Shown here piece after piece: positions 23,989-38,066 of a stretch of 64,000 nt of DNA; the first letter of the stretch is position 1, and the number at the start of each line of letters is the position of its first letter. The notes below the pieces were generated by a model. It was not told the DNA's origin and ran no database searches. It saw only the letters and a program-made list of their open reading frames with translations. The stretch covers positions 25,296,001 through 25,360,000 of the forward strand of contig JBHGNT010000002.1 of the NCBI GenBank assembly GCA_043228905.1, given 5' to 3'. Both the position numbers and the translations under genes were made by a program. The DNA is from Azolla caroliniana (lineage: Eukaryota > Plantae > Polypodiophyta).

Positions 23989-25276
23989 GATGAAGAAATA
24001 TTTCTAACATCTAGAGCTCGCTGATATTATTAACTTGTAACAACGTTTTGAGAACATGCAGAACAAAAAGACATGTACATTGTATCAACTTTTTTTTGAC
24101 AACTTGGCCAAATGAAATACATGGGAACCGGTTTGAATCAGGATGCTATATGTGCTCTTGTTGTAATATTTTACAGGATTTAAAGCTGTAAGATAACCAG
24201 CTGTTTTCTGATTCAATGCCATTCTCTTATTATCCATATGGCATTCTCCTAAAGGTTCTTCTGTGATTTACACTTTGATCGAAAAGCAAAATGGGAATTC
24301 TGATTCTTCTTTTATGGTAGAACTAGTCTCATTCCCATAATAAGGTTCTTGATATGTTGTGGAGAGGTTTTTTTGGTTGTTACCCAATGGGCAGGTCCCA
24401 TATGGTGAACACTTCAATGATGAGATGTGTTGATCAATATTGGGGAATAGGATCTAAACAAAATACACACAGGTACATTAGGAGGAACCTGAAGAGTACA
24501 TATATAAAGAAGATTCCGGATGCATTTTCCCATGTCATAAGCCTCATGTTTATCATTTTCTCCATTACAAGGTTCTAGAACTTTGCACCATATGCCGTTC
24601 AGAACATCTTTAGACCTTTGATGCCCTTAAGCTTTGGCTCATTGATGAAGAATAGCATGTCTAAAAATAGTAGCTTTAGACAATAAATGTAGCATCTCAA
24701 TTGATCGATCTTGAAACGTGATTGATTGCAACAACAACATGACTAGGAAATATATAACGGTGTATGCATCAAAACTAACACATTATGTAGCAAAAACAAG
24801 AACCATACACCAATAAGTTTACATGGGACAGTCTATAATTGTTATTCATTATATGTAGGCATAAATTTGTGTCCTTGGTATGATGGAGTGAAGGACTCAA
24901 GATGGATACACGGTGGCTAACCCTAGGTTGATCTCAACACCAATTACCTGGAAAGTGGAAGGAAAAAAGCATTCCTCTATCTTTGAGAGGTGGCACAATC
25001 ATAAGGTAAGTAACGTTAAGGATCATGTTCTGACAAGGCACCACCACAAATGTCTAGTAGGAAAGACATAAAAAAATTGGTGTAAGTTTAGGGACATTTA
25101 TATCCTTGAAACCCGTAAGGTAAGATTGGAACTTAGGTATGGCCATGGCTATACATTGAAACTTGGTTCTACATCTTCGTCATGCTAACTTGCAAGTGGA
25201 TGCTAAGTAAGATTTCACATCAACAAAAGTCCGATTTTGTTGCTTCCCTTGTGGTTCTACACATCCTTAACCTATT

Positions 25277-25495
25277 ACCACTAGACATGACAAAATTGAT
25301 GCACATTCATGAACTATTAATTGCCGCTAGACTTCATAAATTTATGGTATTCATGAACTAATGATTGCCACTAGACTTGACAAATTTATGGTCATTCATG
25401 AACTAATGATTGGCACTAGACTTGACAAATTGATGGTCATTCACAAACTAATGATTTCCACTAGGCTAGACAAACTCATCATCATTCATGAACTA
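25277..25495. repeat. 45-bp minisatellite, about 5 degenerate copies
   Basis: CCACTAGACTTGACAAATTTATGGTCATTCATGAACTAATGATTG repeated. Confidence 0.75.
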
Positions 25496-26319
25496 AGGAC
25501 ATCCATTAATTATATGGTTGTGTATGCTTGTAGATGTCTTGGCAATCGCTCCATATCATAGACATATAGGCCACTAGAGTAGATTGACAATCACTAGGTA
25601 CCTATGCTAGAACCTACTATTAATCCTCCAACTAGTTGATAGGCTTGTTGCTAAGCCTAACAAGCTCAACCATGAAGGCAGATGATAATGAATGTTTGTA
25701 ACAATAGCGACTTATCATCGACCAACCTCTTGTGGTCAGTTTGTATACATGAACAAGTATATGTATGTACATATATACATTGAATACCAATGAACTCCAC
25801 GTATATATGTATATGTATAGATCCATACCGCACCCATTTGGTTTTGCTAGGCAATGCACCTTTAACCATGAACCCAATAGAGTATAGGATGATTATACGG
25901 ATACTTATAACAGGATTGGACAACTGAGAAGGTGGTCACGGCCGTTCTGGATCAGATTCTCTTCGACTGGAAACAAACAACAAAAGAGACGCGTTTCCAA
26001 AGAAAGGCATCCGATGACCGAAATCCCAAAACCGGTTGGAGTATGGGAGCCATTTTGAAGTCAGCCGGAGAACAAACGATCGCTAATCCGGAGGTGGGGG
26101 TATCAGGCATTGAAAGAGTCGATCGGGCCACGAGAAACCATGGATGGATGAATGGATCGGTTAAATTATGAGAAAAAGCAGCAAATTGCAGCCAAGGCCC
26201 AAAAGCTGAAAATGCAGCCAAAAAGCTGAGGAAGGCTGATTCTAGGGTTTTAGGGCTTTCCTCTGTTCTCCTCTTCCGCCTTCCTCCTCTGTCTGTCTGT
26301 CTGCTCCGAGACACAGAAG

Positions 26320-27432
26320 ATGAACAAGGAGAGGATCCTTCAGCTTGCCAAGGGTTTCCGAGGGAGAGCGAAGAACTGTATCCGTATCGCCAGGCAGCGC
26401 GTTGAGAAAGCCCTTCAGTATGCTTACCGCGATCGTCGCAACAAGAAGCGAGACATGAGGGGCCTGTGGATCCAACGCATCAACGCTGGTGCCAGGATCA
26501 ATGGTGTACGTAAAGGAAACACTTGCTTCTATGTCTTTTCCCTGTTGTCTAACAGATGCGTTGGTTGTTACAATTGACCCTGTTCCTGCTTTTTAGGGTG
26601 TAACAGAGATGGGTTTTTCTTTCCTTTCATAACCACTTCTGTTTTTCCCCTGCTTTTGTGCTTTCCTCTCTGAAATGTATGTTTTTCTTTCGGTTATTCA
26701 TTTTCTGTGTGATTTTCGGTGGATGTAGCTGAATTGAAGTTATTATATTCATTCTTTTTCCCTCCATTCCTGGTTTATTGCTATGGTGTTCGTTTTTATT
26801 TTATTTTTACGTTCTCTCTTTGTTCGTCGGAGTCTTGAGTTTTTAGTACGATTTTTTTCTGAGGCTTATTCTGTGCAGAAATGATGTTCTGCTAACAGCC
26901 TCTTCATGGCTATAGTGGTTTAACATTTTCTCATAAATTGATGGATTAAGTATTCTTTATGGTGGCAGATGATGAGGTAGGGCCTTTCAAGTTGATTTTT
27001 CTTCTGTTCTTAGCTATAATGTGGTATCCACGTTTTGGGCGTACCCTTCTTTATTTTTTGTGCTTTATTGGGAGCTCGTCAATTCTCTGAAGATGATTTT
27101 TGCTCTTTTAATGTTTTCGTAAAATCTAATTTGAGAATTGATCTGGTGGTGGTGGTGATATTAACATCCTCTGTCTGTTTTTTCCCCTCTCAATATGGAC
27201 TCTTCACTTATTTTCTTTTGCATTGCAGATAAAGTATGGTGAATTTATGCATGGACTTAACATGGAGAATGTTCAGCTAAACCGCAAGGTTTTGTCTGAA
27301 ATAGCTATGCATGAGCCCTATAGCTTCAAGGCATTGACGGATATAGCAAAGACTGTGTTTTTTCAGAAGCTTGCAGCTCAGCCCAAGCCCAAACAACTCC
27401 CAGTTCCAGGAAAAACTTCCATGGGCCAATAG
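26320..27432 (+). CDS. RPL20: Nuclear-encoded mitochondrial ribosomal protein L20 (bL20m); exons 26320-26505 and 27229-27432 (129 aa)
   Basis: [57 protein letters not shown]...[20 protein letters not shown]; phase-0 GT-AG intron. Confidence 0.96.
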
Positions 27433-29115
27433 TTTGGAAAATGTCTGATTCCTCAACAAACACAAATGGAAAGCGTGCTTATTTTGATCATAACTGGCTA
27501 AGCCTTGGTTGGTTTTCTCAATACGAAACCTTCATTTGGGATTCGGAGATCCATCATCCAGTTGTTCTTTTGGAAGGACACACCAAATCATCAATTGAAT
27601 ATCCGAACCTGAATATGGTGAATGCAGAGATTCTAGGATTGTTGAAATGTTTTAGCTTCTAAACATAGCAGACATTTTTGTTACTTACGGACTTGGCAGA
27701 TGCTTGCGAAATAAATCTGTATCTGAGTACTTGGAAGTACGAGTTGTTTTCATGTTTGAATGGATGATGGAAGCTTGGCATAATAGCTGTATCAAGTTAT
27801 TTGGAATTATATGGTTGGGCCAGACATATAAAGATTGTTAAAAGGTTTTTTCAACTGTTTCCTGGAATCTCCATGTATGCACTTCGATTAAATGTTTGCT
27901 GATGTTGATTTAAAAGTATTAGACATTATCCAAGATATGGTATCGTAACCTAGTGTTGCTTCAGGCATATTAGTTGTATCGAGATATTGGAGTTATGACT
28001 GGTCTAGACATATGAAGATTATTTTTTCTACTGTTTCATGGAATTTTCTCCATGAATGCACTTCCTTAAAATGCTTACTAGCATTGGTCGGAAAGTACTA
28101 TTGATTATCCAAGATATTCCAATGTAACCCTTGTTTTGTTCTTCGACCATTACTCTGATTCTTTACATTCATGCTTCTTTTGTCCTTGGGAGTAGATGAT
28201 GTTTCTTCAAAAGGACTTCACATAATCTTATAATTTGGTGGATTAATTTTATCTACATGAACCCAAGAATTAAACAACTATTTAAACTCTTGGCACTAAA
28301 TGCAAATGCTAAGCTCATGTGTATCAGTACAAGTTATGATACATGTTGAATAATATGTAGACACATACACATTGATTGATGAAAAATGTTTATATATGTG
28401 AAATCCGTATTAAATTTTTACAAGCGTTTGAACCTGGAAGCAATTTTAATTCACTCTTCTATTATTAATTAAGTAAAATTACCGTGTACTTGTTTGCTCT
28501 AAATATTTATCACATTATTGTTCTAATATCAACCTTCCATGATTAGTCTCAAGTATGGGCTTGTCAGAAATGTGTGTGTGTGTGATTAGTATTAATTTTC
28601 TATGATTTCATATGCCTGAAAACACATGTCACACCAATGTTGGTGTCATATTGTTGTAATAATATCAAGTGTGCATGATTTATCTTAATACTGGGCCCCA
28701 CAAAGTAATGAATGAGTGGATCAATGAAAATGAGAGATGAGTCAAATGGGTTACCCAGCAAGATAAGATTAACAGCTGGGTTTAAGGCTCTAATTTTGTC
28801 ATGCGTAGCTCAGAAGGAAGAATCCCCTGGTCGCCGGTCATTGCTCACTACATAAAATGTTCATCATTGCGCATTACAAAAAAATTGTTACACATAGATC
28901 AGGGGGAATAATATGGCAAACCTAAACAAAATGCTCTTATAATACCTTACCATTTTCCAATATTATTTGGCACAAGATAAGAATTAAGCCCATCTTTGTT
29001 ATAATGTGGGAGATACACAGTTTTATTCATTATAAATGTCATGTGTTTTGAGGTCAATTGATGTACTGCATCTTATAGTTCAAGAGTCCTGATATGACAC
29101 AATGCCAACTTAACT

Positions 29116-31997
29116 TTATCGGATCCTTGAAGCAAGTTGTTTGATTTGCTCGATATTTTGGATGCCAAAGACATCATTGTCAATTACAGCCTTAATGGCT
29201 GCATATGCAACATCATCCACACTCACAGGGGGTGCAATGAAGAGGTCAGATCCTGGCAACGAACGCAAAGGCCGTGTGAAAGATTTTGTTGAATCTAAAA
29301 ACTTATCCAATGGCTCTCCAACTAGCTGCAGTGGTACATCGATACCATTCACTTTCCTGTTCCCGTATATGAAACCCGGTCGCAATATGGTGCCTATATC
29401 AATGTTTTACTTAAGCTTTGGGTGACCTTCCACAAGAATTGTCATTACTCTCAAAAACTATGAGAAGAAGGAAAAGAAATGATGTTCGTATTTGTTACCT
29501 GAATTAGTGAATTTGGATAAGACCTCATCTTCAGCCTTCTTTTTCCCCGTGAAATACCCAAAGTTCTTGAAGATATCAGGAAAGTTGTAATCATGAACTG
29601 ATATGTATATAAATTTCCGAACACCTGCAATAATAGCCCATACAAGTTAATTTCACCATTGATAGATATTTTTTAAGATGATATAAATGAACACATGCAC
29701 AAACTATCTCCATTTTGAGACAGACATTCATTTAACTAAATGTATAGAAGGAATTACATTGTTTATGAAAAATTCAATGATTACTCTATAGCTATCTATC
29801 CATACAGGTTGGTGCTTGGGAATTGGAATTGTTAATACCATAGTTTATCTTACCTGCATCACTTGCAGCATTTACTGCCACTAAATTTGCTTCACCATTG
29901 ATTTTCTCCATTTGCTCATTGTTTCCAAAGCCACCAATTGTTGAGACTACGGCAGTTACACCATTCAAGAGACCATCCCAGTCAGCATTGAAAACATCAC
30001 CTGTAAAAAACAAAAAATCCTTCTCAACACATGAATTCAACCCACATGAAGTCAGCAATAATCGTAAAAAACTCTCTTATAAGTATGTCTGATTGTTTTT
30101 TTGTGGGAAACCATTACCTGCAACCCATACAACTTGTTCTACCCAGGAATCACTATAAGAAGGACGTCCAGACCTGTATATTAAGTCTTTCACGCTAGCA
30201 TCAAACCGCATAAAAGCAATACTGAACCCCTTAAAATCTTCAAGAGAGAATTAAAACCTGCTTAGAGATACCACATCGATGCCTTGACTGATTGCTGCCT
30301 TGCAAATTGCAGAACCCACAAAGCCACTGCCCCCCAGCACCAATATCTACAACCAACTCCCAAAGAAAGACGTTCTTTTTAAAAATACTGTGTCGCACAA
30401 AGAGGTAGACTTGATAAACTGAATGTTGCATCATTCAATTAAATGTTTCCTGCTCTTCCCCAATCTGGATATACTGAATTTCTTTGATGATCCATCTAGG
30501 CTGAACCATCATGGCTATTTCATGTATGTTTACTCTCTATATTTAAGCCATCCATTAAAATTTCCACGTATTGGACTCTTGCTTACACTTATCACACTAA
30601 AAACATCAGGTTCAAATGTCACCAATGTGTTTGCAACCCATTGTGATCCAATAGGTTCTCACTATTGCGAAATGCAAATCTAGTAGAGGCATGGTTATGA
30701 TCAAGGATTTCAAATATTGTCATAACTAAAATAGGTATTATTGGGCCAAAAGTGGCTACCTATGTACTAAGTGGTTCAATTAATTACAGAATGTCATTGT
30801 GTAAGTTCTTCTCTCTCATTCCTCAGCACAACCCTCCTACAAGCAAACATACACATAAACAAAACCCCATCCCTATAGTGTAACCATCATTTAAAGCTTA
30901 TTAGAAGCCCTATATCAAACCCTGAAAGCATGATCCATGGTCAAAGTATCTCAGCTCAATAGAAAAATGTGGATTCCATTGATAATCAAGAAAATATAAT
31001 GAATAAAGTGAAAACATATCAAAAAATTGTGAGAAGCAACAAAACGACAATTTGTAAAACTGATAACATGCATAGAATTATATACGACAGCGCAATATGC
31101 ATATTTATATGTATATTTATGTATGACAAAGTAAAGGTCTCACCTTTTGAGATTGCACTTCTGCAATGACGTCGATCGGATCTGCCGAATACTCTGAGCC
31201 ATTCCCACCAGTCGCATATGCAGCAGAAGCATATTTCCTGCAAAATTATATCACATTCTTGCAATCTCACAAAAAACACAGGGTGAAATGCATAAATAAA
31301 TTCAATCAATGCAAATGTTATGGAACTTACACACTAGGACACAAAATTTCCTCCAAACTTACGCTATATTCAAACATAATACATAGAAAAATGTATCAAT
31401 AAATCAAAATATATACACAAGACATAGAAGGCTATGTGAAATTTTACAGAATAAATAAATCATATGTTCAATAACATGATGAATAGGAAGCATAAAAAAT
31501 AAAATAAAAATGACGAAAATGTTGGAGTGGAATACATGCTGGGAAACCTATGTCCTGTAAAAATTATGTTTCATCCTCCCCAAATACATTGGAAATGCAT
31601 CTAATTGTTTTTCCAAAACCAGTTATGGCATATTTATCTTAAATTCCAAATAAGACAACAAGAAATGCATCAAAAGAATCAAACAGATATGTGGGCTCTG
31701 AATTCTTAATAAAATTCATATGAAAATGCACCAGAAAGTATAAACACAGTATGTGGATATTGAATTTTAACATAAAGCGCATAGTAGAAGCATGAAAACA
31801 TCAAAACAATACAATGAAAAAACTTATACAAATCAGAATACTTACAGAGAACTCGACAATTGTGATTTCGCACCGAACCATGGAAGCCGAACAGCTTGAA
31901 ATTGCTTGAAGTGAACATGAGAAGGAGCAATGGAAGAAAACCTATAATCTCTACCGATTCTGGAAGATAAAGTGAGAGCTGGAGCAATAGTAGCCAT
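29116..31997 (-). CDS. NAD(P)-binding Rossmann-fold (atypical SDR) protein, At1g32220-like, probably plastid-targeted; exons 31997-31846, 31237-31144, 30346-30258, 30173-30118, 30000-29854, 29624-29499, 29393-29116 (313 aa)
   Basis: Ser/Arg-rich N-terminus MATIAPALTLSSR; ILVLGGSGFVGSAICKAA; GDVFNADW, VVSTIGGFG, GKKKAE, LRPGFIYG. All introns GT-AG; spliced length 942 nt in frame. Confidence 0.93.
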
Positions 31998-34900
31998 ATG
32001 AAAACCTTAAATTAAAGGTTGTCAATCCTTTAGGGTGGGGTGTCTGTGAGCTGAATCCTTTTTTAACTGAATAATGGGTAAACTCTTTCCAGGGATTTAG
32101 GGGTAAGGGCTAGGTTTGGGAGTTAGGATTTGCAAACGAGGCACTGATTTCTTCTTCTTTCTTCTTCTTCTTTCTTCTCTCACAGAAACAGGGGCCTCTG
32201 CCCTGCTACTACTTAAAAGCTGTCTATTACTTTGATATGAAGAATGAGAAAATCATGTCTCTTTTTTTTGATTGGGCCACTTTCATGGTCTATATTTGAT
32301 TTGATCACAAGGCCTCCATCATATGTTTTCCACACCCCAAAAGTAAGAGCGAGGAATAGTCGAGGATTCGATATGAAATGATGAACCAATGATTCGGTTT
32401 CCATGTTGTCGAGGTCCAAAGTTCCCATATGAAACGATCGACTAATGAGTCAGCTTCCGATATGAAATGATGGACTAATGACTCAGTTCGGGTCAGTTTT
32501 CGCCTAAACTACCTACATATGCACGTGCATGTGTGTCTCTATGTATTGTACAGATATCAACATTCAAACTGCTCGAGTCAAATGGTTGGAGTTGGGTGAA
32601 TTACTCAATTCGATGCTCAAGAAACCTTCATGGCAATCGAGAGCGCACTATTTATGTACCAACGGTTGCGCATACAAGTTGGATGACGTGGTTCGATGCT
32701 CAAGAAACATTCATGGCCATTGCCATTCCACTCTATATGTACCAATGATTGCTTGTACAACCGAGAATGCACTTCACGACAAGGATATTATAAATGTTTG
32801 TCTTATTGACGTATGTTATGAGAATGTCATATGTAACTAGAAGTGTTTTCCCTTGAAGAGATCAAATCCATGTGCATGCCATCGATGCTTAGTAAATGAT
32901 TAGCTTGATTTCACCACTCTATTTGGAGATACAACACAATGGCCCAACTGAATGATTGTGAGAGTTACAAGCTTTGGAAAAAGGCCAGTAGAAAAGTATA
33001 GGATCTTACGAGGAGCTACTTTATTTTATTGCATGAAAAATTGTAAAGTCCACTATTGTCAAAGTGAATAAGAGATAATGCCTTCACATCTTGACTCTCA
33101 TGCACTAACTCTTTATTTATGCTTAAAGATGTTGGTGGAGGCTCGAAAAAGATGTCAACGAGGAAGACTAGAGATCCCCAAGGACTTGCTTGATCTTTGA
33201 CCTTGTTCTAAAATACAATACAACTAGCCTATGAATAGGGAGATGTGCATTTGTGAAGGATGCAAACAACTGTGGTACCATCACAACGTATGCCCATTAC
33301 AATGTCCATCGACACGCAATAATATGAAACACATTGCCTTTCTTCACCATGGTCCATAAGGTATGCACTACTTTCCAACTACCATCAACAATCAAAGCAA
33401 TAAATGTGAGACACCTTCAAGGTATCAATGATGGATGCCCTTGGGCCACATGCATCACCATGTATGAGCTCAAGCATGTCATATGCTTGTGATGAAACCT
33501 CTTTTGGGAACTTTTCAATGTTTAAAGTATGCACAAAAATTACCATATATCAAATTGAGAGAAATCTAGATCTGGAAAATGCTTCAATAACGTAATCTAA
33601 TTGCTAATGCGACATTAAGATATAGTTCACATTATCTTTTAACACCAAACACATATGCCATGTTTACTCTCCCAAGTTTGCTTCATGTGCCATGACCATA
33701 CAACCCTTTTGAAGCCACAAATATTGGATGGCCTGATTTAAATTAAGCTTCTCGTGAGAGAATAGATATGTTTCATGCTTTTTACCACGATGACAACCTA
33801 TTGCAAGAGCATAGGTGCACAATAATGCTAACTTATCTGCCATCATTGTGGTTAGAAAATCAATCACATTGATGAATAACATGAAAGTATGTACTCATTT
33901 CAAGAATCACTCTTTAACATATGTGTCATCATTAGCCACTAAGAGGCATGTGGGCATATCCAAAGTAAAGATTGATCACCAATATCACTCACTACACATT
34001 GCAACATAACATGCATGTCAAATTTTTTTTGCTTTGCCTTTGTCATGATGAGTGGAGTCGAAGGAATCTTTGATGTTATTTCCATTGCCTTTCTTTTCAC
34101 CCTTCGACTTCAACATGATTCCTGCCTTAAATGAAATATTTGGCTTTCAAACAATATGGGATTTCCATCTTGTATGTGGGTTGATTTGTGCCATACATGT
34201 ATGACGTTACAAAAGGCTTTCATTTGTGGTCATTTCCATACATTTTACTAATAAATTTTGAATAATAGATACTCTCCCTCCCTCCCTCCCTCCCTCCCTC
34301 ACACTATATATATGTACAAAATTGATTCTTAGATCATCTTAACTCATGATTGTAGCCCAAAAGTCATGATCTAATTCTCATGTTATATGAGCTCCCAAAT
34401 ATCTCATGTGTTTTAGCTCAGTTGCAACATCTTATCACCCTTTCGAGAAATGTATCAAATGAGTATACTTTTTAATAGTTTTAAAAAACCTATGAAAGGC
34501 GGGCATGTTTTTTTCTTGCAAAAGTGAACTCCCATGGGTTGAGCTTACTAGCCATAATCATATTCCCCTCCTTTTGACATCGGGTCTATGAATATTTGGT
34601 TAAAAGCAATAAAAGGTTTCATTTTAACAAAGAAAGCTTATGCTTTTGTGAGTTTCCTTTTAATATAAAGAAATTGCTTGTTAATGTTAATTTCAAGACC
34701 TTTCCATGAGAATGCATTATTCTTAATGGTGGAAGTAGCAATGGGCCCGGTTTCGGCTCAAACCGAACTGAATTGAAAAACCGTGGCTTAACGGTTTATA
34801 GGTTCAAAGATAACTAAACAATTTGGTTTGGTTTCAAATGTTACTAATCAGTTTCGGTTCGGTTTTGAATTGACCGGTTTAGCGGTTTAGCGGCTTATCG

Positions 34901-35488
34901 GTTTTTGTTTATGTAGCTCGGTTTAAAGGTTTATAGGTTAAAAAATACTCATAAATATTTTCTATAAGCTATAACTTTTTAACTTTTAATTTTAGGAATG
35001 GGCTATTTGCCCCCCCCATTTTGGCTATTTGCCCCCCCCCAAAATAAATAAATAAATAAATAAATAAATAAACCTTTTTGGCCCCCTAAAAAAAAACTTT
35101 TTAGCCCCCTATTTTGGCTATTTGCCCCCCCCCCCCCCCCAAAAATAAAAAACCTTTTTGGCCTCCTAAAAAAAAACTTTTTAGCCCCCCTATTTTGGCT
35201 AAACTTACAACACTTCTTTCCCAAAAACACTTACAACAATACCTTGTTGGAACAAATATGCTTGTCAAGTGATTTGGTTGTTGTTGTGAAGTACCAAATA
35301 GCTAAAATGAGTTATATTAATGGAAGTCAAATACAACCTTCTTGGTATTACAAAAATAAAAATAAAAATTTGATAGTTCTCACCTCAACCAAAATGTTTT
35401 TGTGATATATATCAACTATTACACTTTACAACCTCATAAAAAGGTTTATCAACTATTACATAAAAAGGAATCGTCGTCAATAACATTC

Positions 35489-37030
35489 TTAGTATTGTAG
35501 GGGCAAATAGCCAAAATGGGGGGGCAAATGCATATCGCAAGTGCGTGCATTGTGACTAGCTTGATCACATTTGGAACATTTGCGACCGGTAGAGTACTCA
35601 AATAGTGACTTCTCCCTTTGGTTGGCCTTTTTGTTCTTCGACCCTGCAGGGCGACCTCGCTTCCTAGTTACCACCACTGGATTGGAGAGAGACTGCAGTG
35701 GTGCTTGACTTGCTTCATCCAATCGTGTCATGAGAACAGCAACCTGGTCATCGTCAGTTTCATACAATCTTTGCTCGATTTTCCTCATCAAACGCTTTCT
35801 GGGAGACAAACATGGCTTAGCTATAGAGGCGTGTTGAACCATTGAACACGCAATCAAGTGCCATTGACAGTGAATATCTTCAAGATGGAATCTTTCATTT
35901 CTTTGGATGCATCTCAAAATGTCATGACAACATGGGACACCAAAACTTGATCGAAACAACCCTGTACATTCATCACCATAATTGTTGTCAATAACTTTCT
36001 TGTACTGCTCCAATAACTTGTCTAATGCGTGTTTGGATATCTTCTTTACTAGCGGCCTCATGAACTCGAGTGCATGTCGATGTGCTTGTGTAGACTTGTC
36101 ATACTCCATTTTGGTGTTCAATTCTGTCAGTTGTGTGTCCAGTAGTAAACGGATTTTCTTGAATACAGTGAGCAGATCGTTATTAACAATGCCTAAAACC
36201 CTCTTGACAACATAATGGTTGCCTTCAATGCGAGAGGTGTTGGTCATTCCAAAGTGAGGGAAGCGACCAGTCCAATAACGTACAATCTTGTCTTTGTGAA
36301 TCAACCAAGTCTCGTATACATACTGCACCAACGCATCGTGACTTGGTCGCCATTTCATTTGAAACGTGGCCCAATTAGCCTCAAAATCTAGCTCGCTTGA
36401 AGAGTATAGAAGCTGGTTCCAGTCCTCCATATAGGCATTTGTGTCGTCAGTGCTTGCAAACTTCGTCGTTGCATAGGCCAGAATGTTTTTGTTGACATGC
36501 CAGATGCAAAGCAAATTCTTTGTAGAAGGGAACACGATAGCAATTGCACTCATCAATGCAAGTTCTCGATCAGTTACAATTACTGATGGCTTTGTCACAA
36601 ATTCGAATGACTGCAATGCCCAAACATACATGGCTTCTATCTCGTTGCATATGAACGCAAATCCAGCATTGAACGTACTATTTGTAGCCGTAATTCCAAC
36701 GATGTTGAGCAATGGCATGCCAAATCTATTCGTTTTGTAGGTGCAATCCATGACAAATACCACATCGAACCGTCTGGCAAGATTTGCTGACTTTTGATGA
36801 CAAAAGAAAAGGCCACTGATTGAGCCGTTCGAGTTCACCTTGGAATTGAAGATAAAGTCGCCAGTGGAGATCTCATCGTATAACGCTTGAATTGGCGAGC
36901 GCCCGTCAAGAAACTCGGCTCTTGCAACCACTTTTTCGTTGTGGATTTCTTTCTTGGTGGTCCATTGATTTCTGGTTTTTTCTCTCAAGTAGGCCAAAGT
37001 TGAAGCCGCACCAGTTCCAGCATTTGCCAT
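35489..37030 (-). CDS. MULE DDE transposase (Hop/FAR1-like), N-terminally incomplete
   Basis: 513-aa open frame with VMDCTYKTNRFGMPLL, VIVTDRELAL, LLCIWH, TSRIEGNH, C..F...FGVPCCH, RKRGRP and CSKCDQASHNARTC. Confidence 0.85.
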   Translation of the reverse strand: MANAGTGAASTLAYLREKTRNQWTTKKEIHNEKVVARAEFLDGRSPIQALYDEISTGDFIFNSKVNSNGSISGLFFCHQKSANLARRFDVVFVMDCTYKTNRFGMPLLNIVGITATNSTFNAGFAFICNEIEAMYVWALQSFEFVTKPSVIVTDRELALMSAIAIVFPSTKNLLCIWHVNKNILAYATTKFASTDDTNAYMEDWNQLLYSSSELDFEANWATFQMKWRPSHDALVQYVYETWLIHKDKIVRYWTGRFPHFGMTNTSRIEGNHYVVKRVLGIVNNDLLTVFKKIRLLLDTQLTELNTKMEYDKSTQAHRHALEFMRPLVKKISKHALDKLLEQYKKVIDNNYGDECTGLFRSSFGVPCCHDILRCIQRNERFHLEDIHCQWHLIACSMVQHASIAKPCLSPRKRLMRKIEQRLYETDDDQVAVLMTRLDEASQAPLQSLSNPVVVTRKRGRPAGSKNKKANQREKSLFEYSTGRKCSKCDQASHNARTCDMHLPPHFGYLPLQY

Positions 37031-38066
37031 CAGTTAGTCTACGAGCCGTTGATATACCACTGAGATTGTCAGAAATAGGATGATTGTGTACAATAGCTGC
37101 CTTTTTAATAGTCCATTGTCCCGTTTTCTTCGAGAAGTTTGCTCTAATGAAGAATGGGCAGTCCATTAGACGAAAGTCTCGTATACATACTGCACCAACG
37201 CATCGTGACTTGGTCGCCATTTCATTTGAAACGTGGCCCAATTAGCCTCAAAATCTAGCTCGCTGGAAGAGTATAGAAGCTGGTTCCAGTCGTCCATATA
37301 GGCATTTGTGTCGTCAGTGCTTGCAAACTTCGTCGTTGCATAGGCCAGAATGTTTTTGTTGACATGCCAGATGCAAAGCAAATTCTTTGTAGAAGGGAAC
37401 ACGATAGCAATTGCACTCATCAATGCAAGTTCTCGATCAGTTACAATTACTGATGGCTTTGTCACAAATTCGAATGACTGCAATGCCCAAACATACATGG
37501 CTTCTATCTCGTTGCATATGAACGCAAATCCAGCATTGAACGTACTATTTGTAGCCGTAATTCCAACGATGTTGAGCAATGGCATGCCAAATCTATTCGT
37601 TTTGTAGGTGCAATCCATGACAAATACCACATTGAACCGTCTGGCAAGATCTGCTGACTTTTGATGACAAAAGAAAAGGCCACTGATTGAGCCGTTCGAG
37701 TTCACCTTGGAATTGAAGATAAAGTCGCCAGTGGAGATCTCATCGTATAACGCTTGAATTGGCGAGCGCCCGTCAAGAAACTCGGCTCTTGCAACCACTT
37801 TTTCGTTGTGGATTTCTTTCTTGGTGGTCCATTGATTTCTGGTTTTTTCTCTCAAGTAGGCCAAAGTTGAAGCCGCACCAGTTCCAGCATTTGCCATGTC
37901 GCGAACAATGGTTTTTTTTGTATCAGTTAGTCTACGAGCCGTTGATATACCACTGAGATTGTCAGAAATAGGATGATTGTGTACAATAGCTGCCTTTTTA
38001 ATAGTCCATTGTCCCGTTTTCTTCGAGAAGTTTGCTCTAATGAAGAATGGGCAGTCCATTAGACGA
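36308..38066. repeat. Tandem duplication of a ~0.87-0.89 kb transposase segment
   Basis: Identical ORFs offset by 867 bp (36483/37350); the left copy has a 26-bp deletion at 37030, so the offset becomes 893 bp beyond it. Confidence 0.92.
37166..38066 (-). pseudogene. Upstream duplicate of the MULE transposase N-terminal half
   Basis: GTRLMDCPF...HNHP...MDCTYKTN...TDRE...CIWH, ending at the duplication junction; begins directly at the TIR. Confidence 0.85.

Noticed and set aside
26320-27432. RPL20 as a bacterial or organellar insertion (HGT/NUMT)
   Set aside because: It has a spliceosomal GT-AG intron and matches the normal nuclear-encoded plant mitochondrial bL20.
32500-34400. Possible decayed transposase-like coding remnants
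   Set aside because: No motif I could confidently assign; needs a translated homology search.
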